From: an uncultured marine group I thaumarchaeote
GTDB lineage: Archaea; Thermoproteota; Nitrososphaeria; Nitrososphaerales; Nitrosopumilaceae
Direction of reading: 5' to 3'
Assembly (NCBI GenBank): GCA_902590655.1
Contig: CACIXQ010000005.1
Span: forward strand, 11,768-35,767
DNA: 24,000 nt
Each line of letters starts with the position of its first letter. Position 1 is the first letter of the stretch. A program made the translations under genes and the position numbers. This document shows, piece by piece, positions 23,907 through 24,000 of this stretch. The notes under the pieces are model-generated. The model was not told the DNA's origin and made no database searches. It saw only the letters and a list, made by a program, of their open reading frames with translations.

Positions 23907-24000
23907 TTAACCAAATAAGGATGAAAGTCCTTCCATTGCTGCTTCTTCTTTCTTGCCGTCTGCTGCTTTATCCTTCTTCTCTTCTTTCTTGCCTTCACCA
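23907..24000 (-). CDS. rpl12: 50S ribosomal stalk protein P1 (L12e), C-terminal fragment truncated by the window edge
   Basis: The reverse-strand translation ends ...GEGKKEEKKDKAADGKKEEAAMEGLSSLFG, with stop TAA at 23907-23909. This is the hallmark Lys/Glu/Ala-rich tail with a GLxxLFG terminus of archaeal P1/L12. It is not in the ORF track because it is truncated. Confidence 0.7.
   Translation of the reverse strand, partial: GEGKKEEKKDKAADGKKEEAAMEGLSSLFG

Noticed and set aside
23925-24000. Pyrimidine-rich low-complexity sequence (cttcttctttcttgcc...) at the right edge, which looks like a simple repeat
   Set aside because: It is explained as the reverse strand of the Lys/Glu/Ala-rich flexible tail of ribosomal stalk protein P1, ending in GLSSLFG.
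1-24000. CRISPR arrays, transposases or IS elements, rRNA genes and defence islands
   Set aside because: Reading through both strands, I saw no regularly spaced direct repeats, no terminal inverted repeats flanking an ORF, no transposase, integrase or Cas-like translations, and no rRNA-like sequence.

Overview
This is a low-GC (about one-third G+C by eye), gene-dense archaeal chromosome segment. It clearly comes from an ammonia-oxidising thaumarchaeon (Nitrososphaerota, Nitrosopumilales/Nitrosotalea-like). The strongest anchor is an archaeal ammonia monooxygenase locus: amoA and amoB lie back to back on the minus strand (10917-12139), a divergent small membrane gene is probably amoX, and no amoC occurs anywhere in the window. 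The rest is mostly housekeeping. It includes an aminoacyl-tRNA synthetase cluster (pheT, pheS, trpS, serS), ribosomal proteins uS15, eS1/S3Ae and a truncated P1 stalk protein at the right edge, and a Pcc1-like KEOPS subunit. It also includes archaeal PPAT, a geranylgeranyl reductase-family flavoprotein, a redoxin, a TRIC/UPF0126 channel, and four tRNA genes, one of which (tRNA-Leu) appears to carry two introns. I found no CRISPR array, transposase, integrase or rRNA. Points worth a second look:
- a translationally coupled NorQ/CbbQ-type AAA+ / NorD/CbbO-type VWA / PAC2-family operon with no obvious client
- a group of small uncharacterised membrane or secreted proteins around amoAB
- an orphan Dam-family methyltransferase whose N-terminal SAM-binding motif is cut off from any start codon by an apparent 1-nt frameshift in an A5 run
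- a winged-helix plus B12-binding-like regulator divergent from an RHH gene that has a perfect 10-bp inverted-repeat operator
- a 51% G+C nested-hairpin element in the pheT-EVE intergenic region that may be an ncRNA
- two mini-ORFs absent from the ORF track
All functional calls come from my own motif and family recognition on the translations. No database search was run.
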